DNA from: an uncultured Pseudomonadales bacterium
Lineage (GTDB): Bacteria > Patescibacteriota > Microgenomatia > UBA1400 > PJMF01
Assembly (NCBI GenBank): GCA_964457085.1
Contig: CAYWDM010000001.1
Coordinates: 45,082-109,081, forward strand
DNA length: 64,000 nucleotides
Reading direction: 5' to 3'
Shown here: one piece after another, positions 49,586 through 57,960 of the stretch
Numbering within the stretch: the first letter of the stretch is position 1
How the letters are laid out: every line of letters begins with the position of its first letter
Notes under the pieces: generated by a model
Told to the model about the DNA's origin: nothing
Database searches by the model: none
The model's input: only the letters and a program-made list of their open reading frames with translations
Program-made: the position numbers and the translations under genes

Positions 49586-50563
49586 CTATTTCTTTTCTAC
49601 CATCCCCACACCCCAACCGACTAATCCAATCAATATTCTAAACACTCCCAGTAGAGACGTCAGGGCCACGATGGCACTGCCTGATTCGCCCAGCTGCGAG
49701 TAAAAGTACATGAATCCTGCCTCAGTGGCCCCAAAACCCGCAAATGAGATTGGAAGTGTGGTTACTGCACTCACCACCGGCTGAATCACAAAAAACTGCC
49801 ACCAGCTAGTCTGGAAACCTACCGCCACCGCCAACACATATATTAAAACCAACCATAACAGCTGCATCACCAAACCCAGTCCAAAAGCCTCCATAAAAGC
49901 CCGTTTATGGGTTTCTAAGTAACTCTCGATTCTGAGTAACTGAGAGACTCGATTAATCAACGGAAAATGACTTAACTGTAATGGGGAATAGACAAAGCCA
50001 AATAGACCGGCGACTCCAGCAAATAAACCTACAAATAACCACATCACACTCGTGGGTATGCTGGCCACTCCCCACAACTGTACTGCCAAAACTCCTAAAA
50101 ACCCAATCACCACTAATCCAAACAAACCCATCAGTCGATCAAGCAGCATCGTGAATACCAATTTTGATTTGGAGAGTCCTAAACTAGTCAATGCTGTCCA
50201 CTTCACCAGGTCACCACCCATGCTACTGGGCATAAATAGGTTGTAAAACAATCCCAACATCGTGGCTCTAAAAAATGCTCCAATTTGTTGCCCGGATGGC
50301 GATGGCACAGTTAATAACGCCCAGCGAATTGCTGCCAGATAAGCAAGCAACAGCTCACCAACCATAAAAATCGCCAACGCCCACCAACTAGTCTGTAGTA
50401 ACCGTGACCATAACTCAGCCGGATCTACTTGGCGAAACACCACATAGAGCAAAGCTATAGTCAATCCAATTCGCCAACTATAGCTGAGAAAAACAGAGCC
50501 AAAATTTTTTGCTCTACCACTAGCACCATTCGTATCTAATTCGGAAACTTTCTTAACAGGCAT
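49586..50563 (-). CDS. UPF0104 / lysylphosphatidylglycerol-synthase-TM family flippase-like protein
   Basis: RW, GLFYNLFMPSSMGGD.VK, LDRL.G, LPISFAGFGATE. Start chosen 7 nt after TATAAT. Confidence 0.85.
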   Translation of the reverse strand: MPVKKVSELDTNGASGRAKNFGSVFLSYSWRIGLTIALLYVVFRQVDPAELWSRLLQTSWWALAIFMVGELLLAYLAAIRWALLTVPSPSGQQIGAFFRATMLGLFYNLFMPSSMGGDLVKWTALTSLGLSKSKLVFTMLLDRLMGLFGLVVIGFLGVLAVQLWGVASIPTSVMWLFVGLFAGVAGLFGFVYSPLQLSHFPLINRVSQLLRIESYLETHKRAFMEAFGLGLVMQLLWLVLIYVLAVAVGFQTSWWQFFVIQPVVSAVTTLPISFAGFGATEAGFMYFYSQLGESGSAIVALTSLLGVFRILIGLVGWGVGMVEKK

Positions 50564-50716
50564 GACAGCCATTATAGCCTAGTGAGTGGAAAAAAATGAA
50601 GTGTGGCTAGACTACCTATGGGGTATGAGACAGTAGATAAATACTCCTTTGATCACAAACTTCAATGACAGCTCAATAATTCTGAGCTACAATGATCTAA
50701 TAATTACTCATCAAAA

Positions 50717-51121
50717 ATGAAACAACCCACTAAACCAACCCAAACCCACAGCAAAATCAAAGTTGTTGCCAAACCAGTCGAAGCCAAGCCTGCTCACCCC
50801 AACTTCAGCACTCCCTTCAATGAATATTTTCATTTACTCGATGCAGTTGATGGCAAACAACGCTACAACGACGAATTTGGTTCAATCCTCATTCTTGCAT
50901 TGGTTGAAGAAGTAGGAGAAATGGCTCGTGCCTACCTGGCCAAACATGGTCGCAAGAAACACAATCTAGCAGCCCAAAATGATGAATCATACAAACAAGA
51001 GCTCGGTGACTTATTAGTTACAATCCTACGCATTGCTCGTATCAAAAAAATCAATCTAGATGAGCGAATTCGCTACACCATTGAAAAGGTCAAAGAACGC
51101 AAGTTGAAACCAAAAGAGTGA
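50717..51121 (+). CDS. MazG-like nucleotide pyrophosphohydrolase domain protein
   Basis: LVEEVGEMA and ELGDLL acidic motifs, INLD. Confidence 0.8.
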   Translation: MKQPTKPTQTHSKIKVVAKPVEAKPAHPNFSTPFNEYFHLLDAVDGKQRYNDEFGSILILALVEEVGEMARAYLAKHGRKKHNLAAQNDESYKQELGDLLVTILRIARIKKINLDERIRYTIEKVKERKLKPKE

Positions 51122-51124
51122 CGA

Positions 51125-51553
51125 TTAACTCAAGAATTTTTTAATGTCTGCTTGATCGAGAAGCCCTGTTGAGTCGCAAGTTGCCATCAATGCTCTACTT
51201 GGTTGCTGCTTAAATCCAACATAAGTCACTGTAATTATTTGTTTTTTTACTTGTCTAATTGCAGGCAATAAATCTGTGTCTGACGAAATGAGAAACGCTC
51301 TTGAAAATGATTTCTCATATCCTGCCACAACCAGATCTACAGCCATCTGTACATCAACACCTTTTTCGTGAAACACCCCGTTGTTTTTGAGCAAATATCC
51401 CAAATGATAAGTCACGCCGCAATCTTTTAAATGCTGAAGCAATTTGCGTTGTCCGTTAAATAATCTTTGAGACTTTACATCAGTACTATTCTTAATTGCT
51501 CCGATGTAAAAATGACACTCGAAACTTGATTCTTTATCAACTAAGCTCTTCAT
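51125..51553 (-). pseudogene. NYN-domain (PIN-like) RNase, apparently N-terminally truncated
   Basis: EKGVDVQMAVDL, LISSDTDLLPAI, YVGF, S..L...CD are present; the N-terminal IDGxN strand is absent and not found upstream. Confidence 0.65.
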
Positions 51554-51572
51554 ATGCTAGTGCTAATAAAAT

Positions 51573-51606
51573 AAAAAAACCTGCGAAGACTTTGCAGTGT
51601 CGCAGG
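51573..51606 (-). terminator. Intrinsic terminator-like hairpin
   Basis: Minus strand CCTGCGA-CACTGCAAAGTCT-TCGCAGG followed by T7. Confidence 0.75.
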
Positions 51607-51622
51607 CGAGTTTAGTACTTGT

Positions 51623-51650
51623 AGTCTAGCAAATCTCTCTGAAAACTCAA
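51623..51650 (-). promoter_or_regulatory. Sigma70-like promoter upstream of the hairpin and NYN gene
   Basis: Minus strand TTGAGT-16 nt-TAGACT with TG extension (TGcTAGACT). Confidence 0.5.
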
Positions 51651-51706
51651 GTATCATGCACTAAGTTTAGCCACCTAGTCCAACATATTTCTGACAAATC
51701 ACCCAA

Positions 51707-53146
51707 TTACTGTTTCCTCAAAATTCTGACGTTTAGTTTCGGATTGCACTCAATTTTCTGAAGCTCTGTACTTGAACCAAACTGTGTTAATTCATTGTAT
51801 GCGGTCTTGCCGTGTTCATAGACTGAATCCTCCACAAATACCGCCATCAGCTGAGCCTCGTTAATTTGAGTGTCGAGTTTCTTGACAATACAGCCCGCTT
51901 GCTTGAGCAAATACTGGAACTCAATGCCGTTATGATAGGGATAAAAGTTTGCCTGAACACTTACGAAAAGTGGCTCCTTCACCGCTGCACAAACCATCTG
52001 TGCACAGCTCACACTTTGTTCAATCGAGCGTGGAGCTGCAATCAGATACTGCTGTAGTTGTTTTGGTTGTAACCAGATGAATAACCAACACCCAACTAGT
52101 AAAAAACGCCATCGACCCTGCAACCAAACGACTGACAGTGTTGCAGCAACTAACAATGGAAAAACATAGTGTGCTTGAATTTGTACCGGAAGAAATAAGT
52201 AGGCAAGAGTAGTAGTTAAAAACCAAACCAGCAGCAGTATGCCCTCACTATTTTTTGGTGAGCGAAGCGATTTGAGAGCCAACCCAACTGTCACCACCAC
52301 ACTTACCAGTAATAGCCAATTCTGCCAATTACTTCCTCCAGCCAATACAAACCGTTCGATCGCTGCAACTTTGGTTGGTAAATCGGTACCCTGTTGTACC
52401 AGCTTCTCCTGAAACAACATCATCTTTGTGAGTGGAAATTGATGTCGTAGTTCAAAAAACACCATGGGAGCAAAAGTTACACCTAACCCAACTCCCAAAC
52501 CCAGCCACCAACGCCACCAACCTACTTGTCGCCAACTCAAAATCACCAACCACAGCAGCACCGCTGGTGCCGCCGAATATGAGAATCCAATTGCCAATGC
52601 CAGAGCCAGACCTGAAATGGCAATCATCGCCCAACTTTGTATCGGTTTTTTTACCTGAGAAGTTGCCCTCCAAACCAGACTCACCACAATTCCGACCACT
52701 AGAAACAAGGCTACGAATGATGGATTCCAAACCAAACGCTGTTGCAACACCATTTGCGGTTGTACTGCTAGCACCAAGCCAGCTAGCCAAACTCGCCACC
52801 AATACTCCGGCTTTCGCTTTGCCAGCCACCACAGTAAGCCACCAAAAATCAATACATGGATGACGATTGAGCTATACATAGAACTCAGCGGATCTGCATT
52901 TGTCAGCAAGTATCCGGGGAGCAACAAATAAAAATACCAAGCACTCTGATTAAATGGCAAGGCACTCGTTTGTGGACCAAGTAATGGCGGTTTTCCAGTC
53001 TCCAGCCATTCTTGCAGCACGTAGTAGTCTCGACCCAGATCCCCAAAGAAAAACAAGCTTTCTCGAGCCTGAAATAAACGTAGGTCAACGAATAAAAACA
53101 GCAATCCGATAACTGCCACCCATTGCTGCCAAGTGTATTTCTGCAT
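51707..53146 (-). CDS. GT-C-type membrane glycosyltransferase
   Basis: LRLF..FFGDLGRD, PPLLGPQTS, WYFY, WNP, FFELRH; same motif set as 6817-8370. Confidence 0.7.
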   Translation of the reverse strand: MQKYTWQQWVAVIGLLFLFVDLRLFQARESLFFFGDLGRDYYVLQEWLETGKPPLLGPQTSALPFNQSAWYFYLLLPGYLLTNADPLSSMYSSIVIHVLIFGGLLWWLAKRKPEYWWRVWLAGLVLAVQPQMVLQQRLVWNPSFVALFLVVGIVVSLVWRATSQVKKPIQSWAMIAISGLALALAIGFSYSAAPAVLLWLVILSWRQVGWWRWWLGLGVGLGVTFAPMVFFELRHQFPLTKMMLFQEKLVQQGTDLPTKVAAIERFVLAGGSNWQNWLLLVSVVVTVGLALKSLRSPKNSEGILLLVWFLTTTLAYLFLPVQIQAHYVFPLLVAATLSVVWLQGRWRFLLVGCWLFIWLQPKQLQQYLIAAPRSIEQSVSCAQMVCAAVKEPLFVSVQANFYPYHNGIEFQYLLKQAGCIVKKLDTQINEAQLMAVFVEDSVYEHGKTAYNELTQFGSSTELQKIECNPKLNVRILRKQ

Positions 53147-53147
53147 C

Positions 53148-54179
53148 TCAAATTACTTGTCGAAAATAGGCGATGGTTTTTTCTAGTCCTGCAGCAAAAT
53201 CGACTTTAGGTTCAAAACCAAGAACTGATTGGGCTTTATCGATATTTGGACGTCGTTTAGTTGGATCATCGGCTGGTAATGGCAAATACTGGTATTTCTC
53301 TGCCTGTGCTGGCTTTCCAGATACCGCGGCCTCGATTATTTTTGCTGTTTCCAGAGCTGTGAACTCACCTGGATTACCTAAATTAATTGTTTCACCTGAG
53401 AGACGACCACCTGCAGCTAACGCAAGGATTCCTTCCACCAAGTCACTGACATAACAATATGATCTGGTTTGTTGACCATCACCATAAATAGTTAATGGTT
53501 CACCCTGTAATGCTTGCTTAATAAAGTTGGGAATAATGCGGCCATCATTGAGGTCCATCCGTGGACCATAGGTATTAAAAATACGCACGATTCTAACGTC
53601 CATCCCAAAATCTCGCTGATGCACCCCACAAATTGTCTCACCAAGTCGCTTCGACTCATCATAACAAGAACGTTTGCCATTTGGATTGACATTACCCCAA
53701 TAACTTTCAAGCTGTGGATGCACTAATGGGTCACCGTAGACTTCTGAAGTACTGGCAAACAAAAAGCGTGCTGGGGACCGCATTTCTTTGAGCCATTCCA
53801 ACAACCGATGTGTGGCCATACTATTAACCATATAGGTCTCTACTGGATGAGCTTGGTACCCGGGAGGGGAAGCCGGGGAAGCAAAATGCAAGACCACATC
53901 AAGCTGTTGCTCACCAGTAATCACTGCTGCTGGTAAATAACTTTTTGGATCTTGCGTAACGTCAGCCTCAATAAAAGTCCATGACTCACTCGATAGCTGC
54001 ATCTCTTTGGCGATTTGATTTAGCTCCGTGATGTTGCGTCGTTGACCAGAAATAAAATTATCCACCCCGATCACAGCTGCACCCAAATCCCAGAGAGTTT
54101 CAACTAGATGCGAGCCAATAAAACCAGCGGCTCCGGTAACCAAAACTAGCTTGCCTGCAAAAAAGGATAAATCAGTCAT
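53148..54179 (-). CDS. UDP-glucuronate decarboxylase (UDP-xylose synthase)-like SDR
   Basis: TGAAGFIGSH, HFASPASP..YQ, ASTSEVYGDP, YWGNVNP.G.RSCYDESKR, RIFNTYGPRM, DDP.KRRP. Confidence 0.88.
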   Translation of the reverse strand: MTDLSFFAGKLVLVTGAAGFIGSHLVETLWDLGAAVIGVDNFISGQRRNITELNQIAKEMQLSSESWTFIEADVTQDPKSYLPAAVITGEQQLDVVLHFASPASPPGYQAHPVETYMVNSMATHRLLEWLKEMRSPARFLFASTSEVYGDPLVHPQLESYWGNVNPNGKRSCYDESKRLGETICGVHQRDFGMDVRIVRIFNTYGPRMDLNDGRIIPNFIKQALQGEPLTIYGDGQQTRSYCYVSDLVEGILALAAGGRLSGETINLGNPGEFTALETAKIIEAAVSGKPAQAEKYQYLPLPADDPTKRRPNIDKAQSVLGFEPKVDFAAGLEKTIAYFRQVI

Positions 54180-54273
54180 AGCATGATTCTATCGCATCAC
54201 TAGTTGTTTGGATATTCTCTCAGTGTGTTTTTTGGAGCTATACTTATTTATACTGATTTTGCAATTTGTGTGT

Positions 54274-55137
54274 ATGCAAAAAATTGATTTCTCAAAATAT
54301 TTCATATTCCTTGCATTTGTCCAGTTACTATTACTGGGCTGGATGGGTTGGAGATTTAAGTTCACTGGCCGACTATTAGCTAGTGCCCAGCAAGAACTAC
54401 AACGTACTCGCGAAGATAATCAACGGTTGCTGTCGGCAGCAGAATTAACCAGGCTTACTAGTTCTAATCAAGTAGCTTTTAATAACAACAAGTTTCTGCT
54501 CGATGAATTCGGAGCACTCCGCTGTGTGGATAAGGTCGATCAGCGATATGTAACCGAAAGTTTTGCCTACGGCTGGGCCACCAAACGCTCTAACACTGAT
54601 TGGGAGCTCAATTGTGGTATCTCTAATGAATTTAACACCCAGCGAATAACTACATTAAACGCTCAAGTGTCTTTTGCATGTTCTATCGCTCTAAATCAAC
54701 ACTGTGGAGGCATGAGACAAAACACTAATACATCACTCTGCAAACAGATCTCGACCAAAATAGGACAATTTGTGAGTGATTCTGCCATGGTTACACCACT
54801 GCAACTATACGTTGGCACTGTTTCTTCGGAAGAAGTTGCCCAAACCAGAACAGCCGAGAACGTAATGAACTCACCTTTCATGCATCAAATTACCGTCGAA
54901 CAACAACATGAATCGTCACTATTTTCAGTCGTTTTTTATTCACCTCAAAAAACTCTAGTCGCTAGTGATGATATGTACAGTGAACCACTCAGTTCTCATC
55001 GTCGATACACCCTTGAATTCACTACTTATGAACCAAAAACCATTGAACAGATCAAACCATTTGTGGCCAAAGTGTTGAGCAATTTTACTTTCTTGCCAGC
55101 TGTGCCCCAAAGTTGTGGCACGTATTACGGATACTAG
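54274..55137 (+). CDS. Hypothetical membrane-anchored extracytoplasmic protein
   Basis: N-terminal TM, short coiled coil, soluble domain with 6 Cys; no family recognised. Confidence 0.65.
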   Translation: MQKIDFSKYFIFLAFVQLLLLGWMGWRFKFTGRLLASAQQELQRTREDNQRLLSAAELTRLTSSNQVAFNNNKFLLDEFGALRCVDKVDQRYVTESFAYGWATKRSNTDWELNCGISNEFNTQRITTLNAQVSFACSIALNQHCGGMRQNTNTSLCKQISTKIGQFVSDSAMVTPLQLYVGTVSSEEVAQTRTAENVMNSPFMHQITVEQQHESSLFSVVFYSPQKTLVASDDMYSEPLSSHRRYTLEFTTYEPKTIEQIKPFVAKVLSNFTFLPAVPQSCGTYYGY

Positions 55138-55186
55138 ACCTCGACTCTGACTGGCATTCTTACCTCCGAGCCAGCATAATAGTGTT

Positions 55187-56812
55187 GTGACTAATCGGAG
55201 CCAATTATTTGCGTTTCTCAAGAAACCCCAGACACTAACGCTGGCAATCGTCGTTTTAGCACTGTCACTAAGACTGCCATTACTGAGTGGGTCATTGTGG
55301 ATGGACGAAGCTGCACAAGCACTCGAGAGTATCCGACCACTAACGCAACAACTCCAAATTCGTGACGATTTTCAACCGCCATTACTACACCTGATCACTC
55401 ATTTTGCCCTACGCATCAGTCACAGCGAGTGGTGGCTCCGCTGGTGGGGAGCAGTGCTGCCAGGAGTTTTAACTATTTGGCTGGTTCCCTCAATTGCCCA
55501 AACTCTATTCACCATACCAAACAAAACTAACACCAAAATATCAGCCGGGATAATTGGGTCGATTGCTGCTTTTTGGTTGGCCACCAATAGTTTTCATGTT
55601 TTTTTCTCTCAAGAACTACGGCCGTACAGTCTAGCTGCACTCTTTGCAATCTTGAGCTGGTTGTTACTGCTTAAAAACTCCCCCAGACGATGGTTCATCC
55701 TCGCAAGTCTTGCCGGACTGTATTCAACCTATTTATACCCCTTTGTCTTAATCGGCCAATTTGGTTATTTATTGCTGTGGGATCGCAAGTCTTGGTTATC
55801 ACATCTATTTACTGGAGCGTTGATTATCTTGGGATTTGCCCCTTGGATGCCTAGTTTTTTTGGTCAACTCCAAGCTGGACAACAGTTACGGCTTGATCTG
55901 CCTGGGTGGGAAAGCGTTGTCAGTTTTTCGCAACTTAAAGTTCTGCCACTGCTCTTTGGGAAATGGTTGTTTGGACTTCGAGATTTAGCTCTCACTTGGC
56001 CATGGCTCAGTTCGCTGGTTATTTTTTTTGGACTCACTAGTTACATCTCATGGAATCTCTGGAAATCAAGTGAAAATACCACCTTGAGAATTGAGTTTCA
56101 AAAACTCACCAAACTGGTTGTTGGTTGGGGAGTGATACCACTCATCACAGCTTGGGTGGTGTCTTTTTGGGTGCCTGTAATTCAACCCAAACGGGTGCTA
56201 TGGCTCTGGCCACTGGGAGCACTGCTGCTTGCTTGGTTGCTCGTGAGTGCCGTTTGCAGTAAGTCCTCCAGCACCAAAGTAGCAGGGTTAATACTCGGTG
56301 TGTTCCTACTAATACTCAATGTGGTTGGACTCACAGATTATTACTCCAATCCACTGCTCCAACGAGAAGACTGGAGAGGTCTGCAACAAAAAATTACACA
56401 GGGATATTCTCCAGGCAGTACTATTTTAATTTTTGGCTTCCCGGCACCATTTGCCAGTTGGCAGTGGTACGACCAAAACACATTTCCCAGCATCAGCACC
56501 GGTTATTTATCTGAGAAATCACCTGAATATGTGCATGTATTGCTGAACCAAGTTTCTGAGTATCGATTTGTGCTCGTTTTTGACTATCTCCGAACCCTGA
56601 CTGATCCTCAAAACCTAATACTCACCAGCCTCGAAAGTTCTGGCTACAAGGGTGTTGGAGTCATTGATACGCCTAACATTGGCTTTGTTCGAATTTACAC
56701 TCGACCAGATAATTTGCTTGGCCTCAACACCAATCCAGGTGGTTTGCTAAGTCAGTCAGATCAATTAAACTGGGTGACGTCAACAATAGACTTACAAGGA
56801 AATAACCCATGA
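55187..56812 (+). CDS. GT-C glycosyltransferase (GT39/PMT_2-like)
   Basis: LRL..SLWMDEA, DFQPPL, SEWWLR, SQELRPYS, REDWR. Confidence 0.8.
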   Translation: MTNRSQLFAFLKKPQTLTLAIVVLALSLRLPLLSGSLWMDEAAQALESIRPLTQQLQIRDDFQPPLLHLITHFALRISHSEWWLRWWGAVLPGVLTIWLVPSIAQTLFTIPNKTNTKISAGIIGSIAAFWLATNSFHVFFSQELRPYSLAALFAILSWLLLLKNSPRRWFILASLAGLYSTYLYPFVLIGQFGYLLLWDRKSWLSHLFTGALIILGFAPWMPSFFGQLQAGQQLRLDLPGWESVVSFSQLKVLPLLFGKWLFGLRDLALTWPWLSSLVIFFGLTSYISWNLWKSSENTTLRIEFQKLTKLVVGWGVIPLITAWVVSFWVPVIQPKRVLWLWPLGALLLAWLLVSAVCSKSSSTKVAGLILGVFLLILNVVGLTDYYSNPLLQREDWRGLQQKITQGYSPGSTILIFGFPAPFASWQWYDQNTFPSISTGYLSEKSPEYVHVLLNQVSEYRFVLVFDYLRTLTDPQNLILTSLESSGYKGVGVIDTPNIGFVRIYTRPDNLLGLNTNPGGLLSQSDQLNWVTSTIDLQGNNP

Positions 56813-57957
56813 TGAACGTCGGTATCGATATCACCAGCTTGCTCTATGACCGCGGCGTCTCTCGGTATACCAATAATCTAGTCAGAGCATTGTCTAAACA
56901 ACCAACGGTGGCATTAAAACTTTTCGGTTCAAGTTGGCGTCAGCGAAGCGTCTTGGCTAAACGAGCAAAAGATATTTTATTAAAACGACCCAGTAGACTA
57001 CATGAGGTGAATATCCAACCATGGCCACCTAGCATGTTGTCTTGGCTATGGAGATATAACCAAGCACCAGTTAGCAAGCTATTTCCAGACTTAACCGTGA
57101 TCCACAGTTGGGATTGGTTGCAACCACCAGACAAAGACATTCCCTTAGTTTCCACCATCCATGATCTTGCCATTCTCAAGTTCCCCGATACTGCCCACCC
57201 AGATATTTTGGCGGCACATCGTCGATCATGGGATGTACTCAGAGAACGACAGGCGAAAATCATTGCTGTCAGTCAAGCTACGAAGCGCGACATCGTTGAA
57301 CTGCTGCATATTCCACAATATGACATTACTGTCATCCCCGAAGCATTGCCCATGGAAATTAGAGAAACCGCCAGATTGCTTGATGCCAATGAAGAGTTGT
57401 ATTATCAAATTAAACGCAGTCTAGAACTTACCAAACCCTACATTTTTTTTGTGGGTACCAGAGAACCTCGAAAAAATCTCTTAAAGCTCATCGAAGCCTG
57501 GAAACCTCTGGCGAATGAGCTGCAATTAATCATTGCCGGTGCCGCTGGTTGGGATACTACTAGCAGCGCAACTTTTGATCACCCCAATTTACGTTTCCTG
57601 GGTAAGGTGAGTGATGAACAACTTGAGGTGCTGTACAACAACGCAGAAGCATTTGTATATCCCAGTATCTACGAAGGTTTTGGCTTGCCGATCCTTGAAG
57701 CTTTTTATCACCTCAAACCAGTGGTAGCTGCAAATATTCCCGCTATTGCAGAAGTTGCTGGCAATGCCGCAGTTTTGGTAGATCCGTATGACGCCGAAGC
57801 AATTCGCAACGGAATCTTAAAAGTACTCAATGAAACACCAGAACAGCAGCAGATCAGAGCCCAGCGAATGGTGATTCGTGGTCAGATGTTTGATTGGGAC
57901 AGAGTCGCTACTGCTACAATTGAGGTATATCAATCAGCGGTTAAGGAGCGCGGTTAA
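56809..57957 (+). CDS. GT4 glycosyltransferase (MtfB-like)
   Basis: GVSRY, TIHDL, VGTREPRKN, YPSIYEGFGLPILEA. Confidence 0.92.
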   Translation: MMNVGIDITSLLYDRGVSRYTNNLVRALSKQPTVALKLFGSSWRQRSVLAKRAKDILLKRPSRLHEVNIQPWPPSMLSWLWRYNQAPVSKLFPDLTVIHSWDWLQPPDKDIPLVSTIHDLAILKFPDTAHPDILAAHRRSWDVLRERQAKIIAVSQATKRDIVELLHIPQYDITVIPEALPMEIRETARLLDANEELYYQIKRSLELTKPYIFFVGTREPRKNLLKLIEAWKPLANELQLIIAGAAGWDTTSSATFDHPNLRFLGKVSDEQLEVLYNNAEAFVYPSIYEGFGLPILEAFYHLKPVVAANIPAIAEVAGNAAVLVDPYDAEAIRNGILKVLNETPEQQQIRAQRMVIRGQMFDWDRVATATIEVYQSAVKERG

Positions 57958-57960
57958 TCC

